Source of the DNA: an uncultured bacterium
Lineage (GTDB): Bacteria; Omnitrophota; Omnitrophia; Omnitrophales; Aquincolibacteriaceae
Direction of reading: 5' to 3'
Length of the DNA stretch: 64,000 bases
Assembly (NCBI GenBank): GCA_964482725.1
Contig: CAYZYT010000002.1
Span: 5,591-69,590 of the forward strand
In this document: one piece after another, positions 13,901 to 28,900 of the stretch
How the letters are laid out: each line of letters starts with the position of its first letter
How positions within the stretch are numbered: the stretch's first letter is position 1
Translations under genes and position numbers: made by a program
Notes under the pieces: model-generated
The model's input: only the letters and a program-made list of their open reading frames with translations
Told to the model about the DNA's origin: nothing
Database searches by the model: none

Positions 13901-16900
13901 TACACGTTCTCGGACCAGGAGGCGTGGCAGGCGGATACCGCGCGATCGAATGGTGGAGACTGGGTTCGGAAGCTGAGCTTTTCGTCGCAGGTGCGGGTAA
14001 GTTGGGGATACCTGGATTCGATCCGTGATGCGAATTATCTGAAGATGACGCGTGCGGAACAGACGGCGATCGATCTTGCTCTCGGGACGGTGGATCCGAC
14101 CGATCCTCAAATGAATTATGCGATGAGCGCGAGCGGTAATGACAAGAATTACAGTTGGCAATCGTCGGACAAGAAGATCAGTTACACGTTCTCGGACCAG
14201 GAGGCATGGCAGGCGGATCCGGCGAAGGCGAACGGCGGGGATTGGGTGCGGAAACTGAGCTTTACATCCCAAGTGCGAGTGGCAAAGAGCGTGGTGCCTG
14301 CGACGGTTGCGGGATTAACGGCCGCGGAACAGACCGCGCTCACGAATGCTTTGAGTGAGTCCGATCCCAACGGTCTTATCGCCTACACAATGACGACCAG
14401 CGGAAATGACATCAGCTACACCTGGCAGGATAAGGACAGGAAGATCAGTTATACGTTCTCGGACCAGGAGGCGTGGCAGGCGGATACGGCGCGACCGAAC
14501 GGCGGAGACTGGGTTCGGAAGCTGAGCTTTTCGTCGCAGGTGCGGGTGAGTTGGGGGTATCTGGATTCGATCCGTGATGCGAATTATCTGAAGATGACGC
14601 TTGCGGAACAAACGGCGATCGATCTTGCTCTCGGAACGGTGGATCCTATGGATCCTCTGATGACTTATGCGATGAGCACGAGCGGTAATGATATTAGCTA
14701 TAGCTGGCAGGATCGCGACCGGAAGATCAATTACACGTTCTCGGACCAGGAGGCGTGGCAGGCGGATCCGACGAAGGCGAGCGGCGGGGATTGGATCCGG
14801 AAGTGGAGTTTTTCTGCGCAGGTCCGCGTGGCGAAGGGCGTGGTGCCTGCGACGGTCGCGGGATTAACGGCTGCGGAACGGACCGCGCTCACGAATGCTT
14901 TGAGTGAGTCCGATCCCAACGGTCTTATCGCCTACACAATGACGACCAGCGGAAATGACATCAGCTATACCTGGCAGGATAAGGATAAGAAAATCAGTTA
15001 TACGTTCTCGGACCAGGAGGCGTGGCAGGCGGATACGGCGCGGCCGAACGGCGGAGACTGGGTTCGGAAGCTGAGTTTTTCGTCGCAAGTGCGGATGAGT
15101 TGGGGGTATCTGGATTCGATCCGCGATGCGAATTATCTGAAGATGACGACCGCGGAGCAGACAGCGATCGATCTTGCTCTCGGGACGGCGGATCCGATGG
15201 ATCCTCTGATGACTTATACGATGAGCACGAGCGGTAATGATATTAGCTATAGTTGGCAGGATCGCGACCGGAAGATCAATTACACGTTCTCGGACCAGGA
15301 AACGTGGCAGGAGACGAACGTGACAACGCACGCGGGAACTCACGTTCGAAATTGGAGTTTCACGGCACAGGTCCGCGTGGCGAAGGGTGTGGTGCCGGCG
15401 ACGGCCGTGGGATTAATTGCCGCGGAACAGACCGCGCTCACGAATGCTTTGAGAGAGTCCGATCCCAACGGTCTTATCTCCTACACGATGACGACCAGCG
15501 GAAATGACATTAGCTACAGCTGGCAGGATAAGGATAAGAAGATCAGTTATACGTTCTCGGACCAGAAAACATGGCAGGCGGATACGGCGCGGCCGAATGG
15601 CGGAGACTGGGTTCGGAAGCTGAGTTTTTCGTCGCAGGTGCGGATGAGTTGGGGGTATCTGGATTCGATCCGTGATGCGAATTATCTGAAGATGACCCCC
15701 GTGGAACAGACGGCGATCGATCTTGCTCTCGGGACGGTGGATCCTCATGATCCTCTGCTGACTTATACGATGAGCACGAGCGGTAATGATATTAGCTATA
15801 GTTGGCAGGATCGCGACCGGAAGATGAATTACACGTTCTCGGACCAGGAAACGTGGCAGGAGACGAACGTGACAACGCGCGCCGGAGCAATGATTCGGAA
15901 GCTGGCTTTTGCGTCCCAGGTGCGAGTGGCAAAGAGCGCGGTGCCGGCCACGGTCGCGGGATTACCGGCCGCGGAGCAGACGGCGCTCACGAATGCCCTG
16001 AGTGAATCCGATCCGAACGGTCTTATTGCATACACCTATTCGGTGAGCGGGAATGACAAGAATTACAGCTGGCAGGATAAGGACAGGAAGTTCAGCTATA
16101 CGTTCTCGGACCTGGAAGCATGGCAGGCGGATACCGCGCGACCGAACGGTGGAGACTGGGTGCGGAAGCCGAGCTTTTCGTCGCAAGTCCGGGTGAGTTG
16201 GGGTTATCTGGATTCGATCCGCGATGCGAATTATCTGAAGATGACGACCGCGGAGCAGACGGCGATCGATCTTGCTCTCGGGACGGTGGATCCGAATGAT
16301 TCTCTGGTAACTTATACCTTATCGTTGAACGGTAATGATATCGGTTGCAGTTGGCTGGACCGGGATAAAAAGATCAGTTACACGTTCTCGGACCAGGAAG
16401 TGTGGCAGGCGGATTCCACGCGGCCGAATGGCGGGGATTGGGTACGGAAATCAAGCTTTACATCCCAGGTGCGAGTGGCAAAGAGCGTGGTGCCGGCGAC
16501 GGTCGCGGGATTAACGACCGCGGAACAGACGGCGCTCACGAGTGCCTTGAGTGAATCCGATCCGAACGGTCTTATCGCGTACACCTATTCGCTGAGCGGT
16601 ACCGACCAGAGTTACAGCTGGCAGGATAAAGATAAAAAGGTTAATTATACGCTTACGGGCCAGGAGATATGGCAAGCAGATCCGGCGCGGCCGAACGGCG
16701 GGGACATGATTCGGAAGTGGAATTTTGCGACGCAGATCCGTATGAGTTATGCCTATATTTATGCGCAGTCGCAGGATGCAGCGGTGCGCGCGCAGTTGAC
16801 GGATACGGAGAAGAACGCTCTTGATGCGGCGGTAGCCTTGGGCCTGAACGATCCTTGGGTGACCTACACGATGGCGGTCAGCGGCACGGATACAAGCTAC

Positions 16901-19900
16901 AGCTGGCAGTCGGCGGACCGGAAGACCAGTTACACCTTTTCCCAAGCGTGGAGCTGGCAGCAGGTGACGATGGCGGAGACGCTTCCGGCGAATGCCGTGA
17001 CCAAGACGGAGAACGGGAAGAAATACCTTTGGAGCCCGAAGTGGAGTTTTTCGACGCAGGTCCGGATCGCGAAGAATGTCATTCCCGCGATCGTTCCAGG
17101 ATTAACGACCGCAGAACAAACGGCGCTGACGAGCGCCTTAAACGAATCCGATCCGAACGGCCTTATGGTCTACACCCAGAGTACGAGCGGGAACGATATC
17201 AGCTACAGCTGGCAGTCGGGAGATAAGAAGGCGAGCTATACGTTCACACAGGCATGGAGCTGGCAGCAGGTGACAACGGCGGAGACCCTCCCGGCGAATG
17301 CCGTGACCAAGACGGAGAACGGAAAAAAATATCTTTGGAGTCCGAAGTGGAGTTTTGCCGCACAGATCCGGGTAAGTTACGCGGCGATCTATGCCCGGTC
17401 TCAAGCGGTTGCCGTGCGCGCACCGATGACGCAGGCCGAACGGAATGCGCTGGATGCGGCGGTGGCATTAGGTCAGACGGATCCCTCATTGGTCTTTACC
17501 ATGACATTGGGCGGCACGGACGTGAGTTACGGCTGGCAGGATGCTGGGAAAGTTCACAATTATACGCTGAGTGGAACGGGCATTCGCGAAAAACAGATCG
17601 ACGGAACTTATAGCGACCGGGTGAAATCATCTTTCTCAGATCAGGTTCGTGCGAGTTGGGCGGTGATGGATGCGGCCCGGGACGGTCTGAACGGAAAATT
17701 AAGCGCATCGCAATGGGCGGCCTTGAACACGGCGCTCGGGGTGACGGATCCCGGGAATGCACTGATCAGCTATACGGTGACCCAGAGCGGGGAAGATATG
17801 AATTATGGCTGGACCTCCTTGGACCGGTCAATCACCTATGCCCTCAGCTTCGCTAAAGTGATCTACACGAACGGGACAAGCGATTATGACCCGAGTTTCA
17901 CGGCTCAGAGTTATGTCAGTCATGCCGTCGTGAGTCAATATCAGAACGGTGTTCCTTCCGGGCAGCAAGAGGATCTTACGGCGGCGCTGGCGCATGCCAC
18001 GACGCGTGGTTTTGTGTCCCTCAGCATGACAGGCGACGATTCCGTTTTCACGTGGGAATCCTCCGACAAAAAATCGAATTTTACGCTATCGTCCATCAAA
18101 ACTCTTTATTCGGGAACGACCCCGGTGGAATATAAACAGAGTTTCTCGGTCCAGGAATATGTTAGCAAGGTCGTGGTGGCGCAGTGGCTTGCGAGTGTTC
18201 CCGCGAATGAGCAAATTGCTTTCGAGACAGCTCTCAAGAACGCATCCCCGAACGCGACTTTCTTTACGGGGGCCAAATCTGGAACGGATTATTCATACAA
18301 TTGGCAATCGGCGGACCGGGGTACTTCCTATACTGTGACCCGGAACCTGATAAGCCTCCGGTCGAATACCGTTCAGCCTCCGGTTTATACCCAGGGGATC
18401 GCAACCCGCTTCTCCTATTCCGCCCGTATCAATCCCGCTTCCGCACAATTGACCGTGGTGAACGGAGTGACGTACCTGAACGGAACGGTCGTGGTGATCA
18501 CGAGTGATCAGAAGAATACGCTTCAGCGGCTTTTGAACAACACTCAGGTTCGTGTTGCCGAAATTGTGAGCGGAACCCAAGTGACTTATGATGTCTCGCT
18601 TTCGGAAGCGTCTGCGACGACCTATTCTCTGACGATGAACGGGGCGGCGGTGGAGCCAAAATGGGATTTCTCTTCCAAAACGCGCGTGAAGGCGGCCGAT
18701 ATCGCGGCGCTTATCACCGCGAACGGAAATGCGTTATTGAATACCATGGAAACCAGGGCCGACGGAACGGGGATGCGAGATCAGTTCGAAGATGATTTTC
18801 TGACACCCGTGCAGAACGGCGGGGTCCTGATGGATGACCACGGAGACGTAGAATTCTATCGTTCGGAGATGGGGGTGAGCGCGGCGGTTTCAGTGACGAG
18901 CTATTCCTGGCAGGCGAATGACGTGAGCTTTACTCTTTCGCTCGACGCGTTCATGCCGTCCGGAACCGGAGTGAGCGCTGCGACAAAAACAGTTGCGACT
19001 TACAGCCGTCAGGCCCAAGTCACCCGGGATGTGATCGGAAGTATCATTGGAAATCTTGTGATCGATTCGGTCCAAAAGGCCGCGCTGACGAACGCGGCAA
19101 GAACGGGTGCTTTTGACAAAACGGATGATCTTACGGTGTTCAGCTGGAGCGTGAGCGGGACCAATGACAGCTTTTCCTGGCAATCGGAAAACGGTACGGT
19201 GTCCCACTCTCTTTCGCTCGATAAAAATTTCCCAGCCGTGGGAGTCGGCGGGGTGGCCTCGACAAAAGTGATCGCGAATTATTCCGTCATGACGACCGTA
19301 AAACGCTCGGAGATCCAGGCGCTTATCGCGAAGGTTTTGTCTACGGACGGAGACACACGAGAAAAAGATGCGCTGCAAGCGGCGCTTAATGCGGCTCTTT
19401 TGACCACGAGTTTTTCCAAGACCGTGAGCGGCTTGAGTGAAAGCTACAGCTGGAGTTCTCCCGACGGCAATACGACGCACAGAGTCAGTCTGGATAATTA
19501 TGTGCCCTCCGGCACTCAGCCGGGGACCTATACGTCTGTCGCGAGTTACAACGTCCAGCAGAGGATCAGTCTGGAAAAGGTGAAGGAGCTTCTGAACAAC
19601 GGCCAGATCAAGGACTCGAAACAGCTTGCGATGCTCGTGACGGCGCTTGCTTCAAACAACGGGGATCTTCCCTATACCAGTTTCACGATGAGCAGTTCTG
19701 TCGGCCAGCAGAGTTACTCGTGGTCCTCGCTTGACGGGAATACGAATCATTCCGTTTCGTTCGAGACCGACCCGGACAGCACGACCGAACCGAAAGCACT
19801 GCGCGCGAGTTACAGCCAATCGGTCCGCGTTACGAAGGAAACGGTCCAGGCACAGCTAGCCACTATCTATGAAGCGGACCAACGGGCGCTTTTGAGTGCG

Positions 19901-22900
19901 GCGCTGGCCGCTGCGGATCCGGCGATGACGTTCTTTAAGCAACTGATCGGGAGCAGTGAACGGGCCACACCGAAGGTGTCGTATTCGTTCTCCTCAGCGG
20001 ACGGGAATGTCTCGCACCAGATCGGTTTTGATGCTGCAGATTCGACCCGCGGCAGTTACACGAAACAGGAGCGGGTGAGCCGGGAGCAGATCCTGAGCGA
20101 GATGGCGGCCGAAAACGCTTTTACGACGACAGATACCGTTGCTCTTGTCGCGGAAAAAAGGACGTTTCTCGAGAAATTGCAAGCCTATGCCGCGAGTTTC
20201 TTTTATAAAGCCATTTCGGGGATCGATGTTTCGTATACCTGGAGTGTTGCGGCCGCGACGGGGATCGGGCTTGGTATCTTGAACATTCTCTCTACGGCGA
20301 TGAACGGCGGCTACACATGGACCGTTCAGAATACCGTTTCGCGGAATGTCTTGGGAGCTAATTATTTCGGGATCAATGGTATCGATGCTTTTAACGGACA
20401 AGATGTCACGCATGTGGTGACCTACCGCTCGACGCTTCTGGGCGGAACTCTCGATTCAGAAAGTTACTCCATCATTTCTAAGAACGGCCTAGAAACACGC
20501 ACGGTGAATCGTGATGCGGTGACCGCCCCCTGGATCCGCGGCATACAGACCCAGCAACGGTCCACCGCTCAGAATCCCGTGACTTATGAAGGCAAGACCG
20601 GCGACTGGATCATCACCTCGAATTATCTTGGCACCGCATTCGCCGCAGTGCCCGGAAAAACGGAATACTCGTTGCAGCTTCTTGAAAAAATCCAGGTTTT
20701 GGATCCGGTGACCCAAGCGCCGGTCGGCTATCGGAAAACCGGGGTGACTTATATGATCAACTCGGGGACAGACGACACGTTTGATCCGACTAAATCCGAT
20801 TACAAAATGATGAAACAAATTCAGCTGCTGAAGCCGGGCTCCGCAGAAAACAAGACCGAACCGTTCCAGGGCAAGATCGGTGTCTGGACGCGGCTCATCA
20901 CCGAGTTGAACGCCGGATTCACGGAAGTCGCCGGACTGGCAGACTACAGTTTGCAGTTCGATACCCGTGAAGGGAATGACAATATTACGTATAGCATTTC
21001 CGGATTTGACAGCGCAGCTTTTACGACCGGGGACCTTGAGATGTCCACGCAAACCCAGACCTGGGGTAAGTTCGGGGGCGACGCGCAGGCCAATCCTCCG
21101 AAAGAAGGCCAGGAAGGGAAGTGGAGCAATACGGTCAGTGGCCTTGGCAAGAACTTCGGGGTGATCGGCGGGACGGAATACAGCCGGAGTCTTGTGAAGA
21201 TCGGTGCGGACGGATTAAAGACCGGGAAGACCTACATCATCTCCGGTTATTCGGATGCCGGTTTCAAGGCAACGGATCCAGCGTTGAAATATACGATCCA
21301 GGAAAAAGAAGCGATCGAAACGACGGTCACGATCATTGATCACCCGGTCAATGGGTACTGGATGCGGACTTCGAGCAATCTCGAAGCCGGTTTTACCGAT
21401 GTTTCAAAACGTGGGGACTACAACCGGCAGTTGGTCGATCCCGTTGAAAAAGATGTCACCTATGTCATTTCGGGATACGACGCGACTTTTGATCCCGCCG
21501 TGCAAGGCCTCAGGATCGAATACTCCAAGCAGGAAAAAGAACACAACCAAACCTACGGGACGGCAACAACGCCGCCCCTCAAAGGGAACGGCATCAAGAT
21601 CTCGAGCAAGTTGACCAGCACCTTCGCCGATGACTCGGGCGAATCCGAATACAGTCGCCAGCTTGTGGGCCGCGATCCCCTCACGGGAGTGCGGACCGGC
21701 ATTACTTATGTGATCTCGGGTTATAACAAGGATTTCACCGCCGCCCCCTCAGGAAAGCGTCTTACTTATTCCATGAGCGAAAAAGAATCGGCCTCGACAT
21801 GCTATGGGACCGAAGCCTGCGGTCAGTGGACGAAGATTTCAAGCAACCTCAAGAGTGATTTCGGGGTCCAAACTTCCACGAAATACAGCCGCCAGTTAAG
21901 CGAAAAAGATACGACGTATACGATTTCCGGGTATGACAAGAATTTCAGTAATGCGACTTCCGGTCTAGAATATTCCAAGCAGGTCACGGAATACGGCAAG
22001 ACCTATTTCGGTGTCCCTGGGAAATGGACGAAGGTCTATAGCCGCTTGGATTCCGATTTCACGGAGGGAACAGAAGCTCAATACGCATTGCAGTTTGAAG
22101 ATAAGGACGGACATTACGGCGGGGATGCCTCCAAGGGGATCCCGGACAAAGAGGGGGGCTGGATCAAGAGCTACAGCAATCTTACGAGTAATTTCACGGA
22201 ACAGGAATCGAGTAAGTACAGCCTCCAGCTGTCCGAGAACTCCGTGGAGATCACGGTCGGTGTGCCGAACACAACCACGGTGGACGGAGTGGAGGTGACC
22301 ACGGTCGTTCCGACGATCTTGAGCGGAGATGCCACCTTTGTGATCGGCGGTTTTGACAGCAGCTTCAACAGTGGCTGCGGCACGTCCTGCCCGGTCCTGG
22401 AGTATTCAAAGTCCGTCAAAACTTATGGCACCACCAATACCTTCGGTGAGGGAGACTGGACCTACAGCTACAGCGAACTGAGTTCGGCTTTTCAGATTGA
22501 GGCCACGACCAAGTACAGCGCGCAGCTCGAGGAAGGACGCCAGACTTACGGCGGACAGGAAGGGGATTGGAATCAGATCTATAGCAATCTGGCATCGAAT
22601 TTCACGGCGACCACGGCTAGCAAGTACAGTCGCCAAATGACGCGGGCGGATACCACCTTCGTGATCTCGGGTTATAACAGTTCCTTTGCCTCCGCCCAGA
22701 ACGCCGTGGTGGGTCTCGAATATGCCAAGCAGATCCAGACCTATAACAAGACCTTTCTCGGCAAGAACGGGAACTGGGTCAACATGATCAGCAAGCTCTC
22801 AAATACTTTTGCGGAACAGCCCGGAACGAGTGAGTATATGAAGCAGCTGTCGGAGCCGGAATTCACCTACACGATCGCCGGGTTCGAGAATAATACGTTC

Positions 22901-25900
22901 TCAATGACCGATCCCAATGTCACGCTTTCGGTCTCCGAAGAGCAATCCGGTTTTGCCGATCTTGATACCGGGATCCTCCCCGCATCTTTGACCGGCCGGA
23001 AAGCGACGGCGATCTACGGCGTGGATAATGTTGCGAACGCCTTTGCGGATTTCAAAAGCCATGTGATCTCGTACAGCGAACAGTTGGATGTCTCGGAAGG
23101 GAACGACGGGAGCCTGCTCCGTAGCGCAAGTTATGTGGTCAATGAGGATCATACGATCGACCATGCCGTCAGCACCGGACTGATCGGTGCTTCGACGAAC
23201 CGGAAACTTTCGGAAACCTTGACCGAGATCACCGGCTATTCCGATCTCACCTTTACCGTTCCGGAGAGCATTTCCTGGCAAGATAAAAAAGATGCGAAGA
23301 CGACGGAGGTGACGACTTTTGACATAGCGACTTATAATTTTTCGGCATCCGATCTCACGACCAATGCCTCGAAGGCGATCGGATGGATGCTTTCGATGGA
23401 TCTGACCAAGAGCGTGACCCGAACCCTGACGTTCAAGGACTCGACCCGCACCACGATCACGGATATCCAGGATACCCATTATGCGGTCAAGACCGGTCGC
23501 GGCCGGTCGGAAGACTACGCGATTGGATACGACTCGTCGGTTTTCGGAACATCCGGTTACCCCGAGATCGCCGCGGGAAAACTCAGTGCCAAGACTTATA
23601 CCGAGTACGTTTATGGCGCGACGGGCGTACTTTTGGGGCAACGTGTTTATGACCTCACGCTGGCGGCGGGAACCGGTTCCCAGGCAGGGTATCAGTCCAC
23701 CGGGGCTCAGATCCTGACCGGCCAAGCCGCCGGAAATGCCATGACCTACAATGTGGATTTCGGTCCCTCGACTCAGGATTGGTATCTCTCGGGATCGGTC
23801 GACGCGGGTTTTCTCTGGATTCCCGTGACCAGTACGGAAACATTCAGCGGAAGCGCGCTTCCGTCCGGCTGGCAAGGTTCCGGGACTTCCGTTTCGAGCG
23901 GGGATGCCGTCATGACCGGGACCGGAGCGAACTACAACACCCAGATGCTCTCCAGCACCGTGCCAGTGGATCACCTGACGGGTCTCTCTGTGGATTTTCA
24001 GGATCCCGCAAACACGCTTGCGCCGGTTACGATCTCGCAAGTGAACGGATCGGCCACCATTTCGCCGACCTCTGGATGGACGACGAACGGAACTGCAACC
24101 TATAACAATTCGCCGGGCATGGCTTATTACTCCATTAATTTTGGGACCGGAGAGGAGGGGGTGCAACTGGCGTTGAATGTGCAGAATCACATGAATGGGA
24201 CTTTTAACCCTAAACCCGGCAGCAACTACAACATTATCACTCAGGTTTGTACTGGAACGGTTTGCTCCGCAACTTCCACGGATTGGGTCACTATCGGGAC
24301 GATGAATATTTCCGCCTCGAACACCGCGCAGACCGGCACCTTGAACTTGGCCGCGGGACTCTACAGCGGGACCCAAAAAGTCCGTTTCAATTGGACCAAT
24401 GACGAGTATTCAAACACCACGCTTCTGAAATGGGACAACAACCTTCAGATCAACAGTGTCAGCGTCCTGGATGCGACGCCATCCACGTTCCACACCCTCG
24501 CAATCGAAAATGGATTGACCGGGACCTCTTACCAGAGATTCGGATTGGTGGCATTTACAGACGGTGCCATGAATTATTTCAGGGTCCAGACCTGCACCGG
24601 AACGAATGCGTGCACCTGGATGAAAGACGGCAGTCAACAAGATATCAAGATCATGTATGTCCCAGCAAAAACGTATACGCTGGATTATGGTTTTTCGGGA
24701 GGGCAGATCCAGCTTTACCTTCATGAGAAGGGCACGGCCAAACCGGCGACCGCGAGTGCTTCGATCTCGGCGACAGGATGGTCGCAAGCCGCGTTTCATT
24801 CCTGGATCTACCGGGGTACGGCGAATGTCCAGGAAGTTCGCACCACCCAGGAGACGCTGATCGATCGAAGTTTCAAGATCGAGGTTCAGAATAATGGGCA
24901 GTGGATCGATATGGGAGTCCAGACCGTGGCGGCCGCGGCCACTTCCACTGCTTTTTCGATCGCAAACACAACCCAGCTTTCCGGAACTCACTCGGTCCGA
25001 ATCACCCCGTTGACCGGATCCACCAGTGTCGCGATGAGCGGCCTTACGGTCCTGACGAAGCCTCTGGATAATGCTTATGTGAGACCCTCGGCGACTTCAC
25101 TCGTATCGGAAAATTTTTATACCGGAGCGAAGTTCCGCGAGATCCTGGCGCGCACCGAGTCGGTTTCTTTCGCGGCCGGAGTCAAGATCATTGACAGCAC
25201 TTCCACGTATTTTTATATCAAACCGGGGGTCGGTGTCGCAGCGGCAACGATCGTCCCGGCTTCCGAGGTGACCAATAAAGCTTGGAAGCTTGCTTATGCG
25301 GAAGCCCGGGATCCCAAAGCCGGGACCACCGGAACCAATGCGAACGTCAACGGCCTTCTTCTCTCAAGGACTTTTTACCGCGCGGACGGACAAACGAGCG
25401 ATTATGTCGTGACCTACGACGCCACAGGCGCGGCCGCGACCCGGGACCAATATATTTACCGGACACCCCTTCTGGGCGATCTGCAAAGCCCCAAAGCCCG
25501 GGATCTGATCTCGATCATTCAGTATCAGATCAATGGGTCGGCCAACGTGAATGTTGGCGATCTCATTACCAAGGTTCAGCTCACGAACCTGTATACCGAC
25601 GCGAATATTCCGGCGGCTTTCGCCGCAACTTCACCCGAGGTTCTTTTAATGAAGGAGCTCGGAAAAGATACGACGTTCCTCTGGCTCCAGAGTAATGTGA
25701 CGGATCTGCCGGCCAATCAGCCAGTCGTGCTTGTCTCCTCGCCGGTGAGTTATCCTGTGACCGGAACGCCGAATCAGACAACCCAGACCCAGGCTTTTGA
25801 TTCTGCCGACGTTTTGCAGCAGTCAACTACGGAAACCTTTGGTGGGATTTTACCGGCGGGATGGCAGACGGGCGGCATCACGACGGTTTCCAACGGAAAC

Positions 25901-28900
25901 ATCTCTCTGGTAGGGACCGGGACGGGCTACGACACGAATGTTTCCGGACCGGTCGTGACGAATCCGTCCTCCATCGCGATCGATTTCCAGGACAGCACCG
26001 CCTACACCGGACTTGTGTCGCAGCAATATTATCTGGATTTTGCAAACCCAGGCCAAGGAGCGGAGGTGATCCTCGCTCCCTTGGCAACAGGCGGGGAATT
26101 TGCGATCGACGGGCAGTTGACGGATAGCGGCTCGACCGGATTCTGGACCGCGCCTGCAGCTCAAAACGAAACGTTGACCCAGCTGGGAACGATCGATTTG
26201 GGGCAGTCCCAGAGGATTAACCAGATCACGGTCCAGTTGTGGGACGGGGAAAGTGCCCGGGTTTACTACAATTACAAAGTCGAGGTTTCAACGAATAAGC
26301 TGATATGGACCAGCGTTTTTGACGGAACCGGAAGTGGAGTGAATTATTCGGGGGCACAAACCATCAACTTTGTGGCTCGCGATGTTCGATACATCCGGGT
26401 CTCGTCAAGCGGCAACAGTACGAACGCCGTTGCGCATATTGAAGAAGTGGATGCGAGATTGATCCCGTATATCCCCGGAAGCGACCAATACATTGTGGTG
26501 AGTACGGTCAGCGGTTCGGCTTATGATACAACGACCAATACGAATACCGCGGATACCTATCGCTGGATGGTGGATTCCACGACCGGCGCAATCTACAATA
26601 ATTATGATTCCATAGACCGTCCTTCCGCAGGGGCCGCCTATTACCAGATGAATTTTGGAGCCGGCGCCGGAGGCCAGGTTCTGGAGCTTAATGTTCAGAA
26701 CCATGTCTACAATAGCTATCTGCCGGTCACGAACAGTGTCTATAACGTTCGCGTCGAGGTCTGCACCGGCACGACTTGCTCCGCCACATCCACCGATTGG
26801 GCCAGTCTCGGAACGATGGATATCGCCGCGTCATCCTCGGGACAGACCGGGCGTCTTGCGATCCCGGCGGGATTTGGCGGCACGCACAAAGTGAGGATCT
26901 TCTGGCTGAACGATCTTGCGCAGAATAGCCAGGACAACAATATTCAGATCAATAGTGTTCGCATTCTGGATCGAGCGCCGTCATCGCTCCAGCACATTGC
27001 GATCGAAGACGTCAGTCAGGGTGCTTCGGGTACGGCCGGGTACCGACGCTTTGGGCTTGTCGCGTTCCGCGATGAGGTTACGGGCTCGAATTATTACAAA
27101 GTCCAGGTGATCGAGGGAGGAACCCTTCGCTGGCTTCAGGACGATCATAAGCTCGACGATCTCCGGATCGACTACACTCCCACGAAGAGCTATACCGCGG
27201 ATTTCCGCTTCGAGAACGGCTCGATCAAGCTCTACTTCTTTGAAAAGGGAGCGAACCAGCCGGGGAATCCCCGGGCATCGATTTCGGCTGCCGGATGGCT
27301 GCAGGCGAACGCTCATTCATGGATCTATCGCGGCACGGCCAATATCCAGGAAGTCCGTTCCACTCAGACCGTGCTTTCCCAAAACTGGCAGTTCGCGGGC
27401 GCCTCGGTCAATAACGGCGTCATTACGCTAACGGGAACAGGAAGCAGTTATGGCAGCAATGTCTCCGGTCCGGCGGTTACGAACCCGACCTCCATGGCGG
27501 TCGATTTCCAGAACGGTACTCAATATACGGGAGCCGTCGCGCCTCCATATTACGTGGACTACGCGAGCGCCGCCCAGGGCGCTACTGTGATCAATGATCT
27601 CCAGACGGAAAGATTTTTCACCCCGGGACTTCCGGCGGGATGGACCACGGGCGGTGGGAACATCACTTATAATTTAGACGATCTTGTGATGACCGGGACC
27701 GGGAGCAATTGGAACACCAATGTTGCTTCCTCTTTGACTCCGGTGACCGAAGGGACGACTTATTCGATCGATTTTGCGACCCAGAATGCAAATACCCAGC
27801 TTTATCTGGCCGTGGACAACGGGGATGATTCTTCGTCGAGTTATAAACGTTTCGGGATTGTGCAGTTCTTCGATACCACAACCCAGAAGGCTTATTTCAA
27901 GATCCAGATCATTACCAACGGAACCAGTTCTTCAACCTTCGCAAAAGATGTGAACGGTAATGAGATTCGGATCAATTTCGAAGCAGCTCCAACGCATACG
28001 GTTCAGTTTAAATTTACCAATGGTCAGATCGCGCTTTCGTTTGACGGGCAGTCGGTTTACACGCTTTCCAATAACCTTGGAATGACAGCCTCGCGTTTTC
28101 ATAGCTACATCTGGAGTGGAAACGCCCGGCTGCAGGAAGTCCGTACGCTGACGACGGCGTGGGGTGCGAATTTTGCGATCGACGGAACTCAAACGGACAG
28201 CGGTTCGACAGGATTCTGGACGGTCAATACCGGAAATTCAATCACTCCCAGTACGGTGGCAAGCCCCACGAACGCGGAGCGTTTGGCGGAAGTGGGTGTA
28301 ATCGATATGGGGCAGCTGCGCACGATCAACCAGATCATGCTCCAACTCTGGGATGGGACGTCGTCCACGCGGGATAGCCGCCAATATTACAATTACATGG
28401 TCCAGGTTTCCACGGACAATGTTAACTGGAACACGATTTTTGACGGTACCGGAAGCGGCCAGAATTATCAAGGAGCGCAAACCCTGGATTTCACCGCGCA
28501 GGACGTGCGCTATATCAAAGTTTTTTCCAGCGGGAACACCACGAACAGCGGGGCCCATATTGAAGAAGTGACGGCGCAATTGGTACCCCCGAGTCCCGCG
28601 CTTCAACCGATAGACGGGGTGAATGGTTCTGATGTGATCGCCTCCATGACCCATACGTCTGGCACTCACCCCTGGGTCGTGGATTCAAGGAGCAACTCCA
28701 TTTCGAATCTATGGGATTCGTATGACAGCGCCGGAGCCGTTTACTATCAAATGAATTTCGGCTCTGCCGGGGACAATCGAGTTCTGGAATTGGATGTTCA
28801 GAACACTCCCTATAACAATTATGACCCGGTCGCGCTCAGTTCTTACAATGTGGTGGCCCAGGTCTGTCTGAAAGCAAGCTGCGCAACGGACGCGGATTGG

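Noticed and set aside
12840-17400. CRISPR array (regular tandem repeats)
   Set aside because: Repeat unit is about 545 nt, contiguous without unique spacers, in frame and coding. Not a CRISPR.
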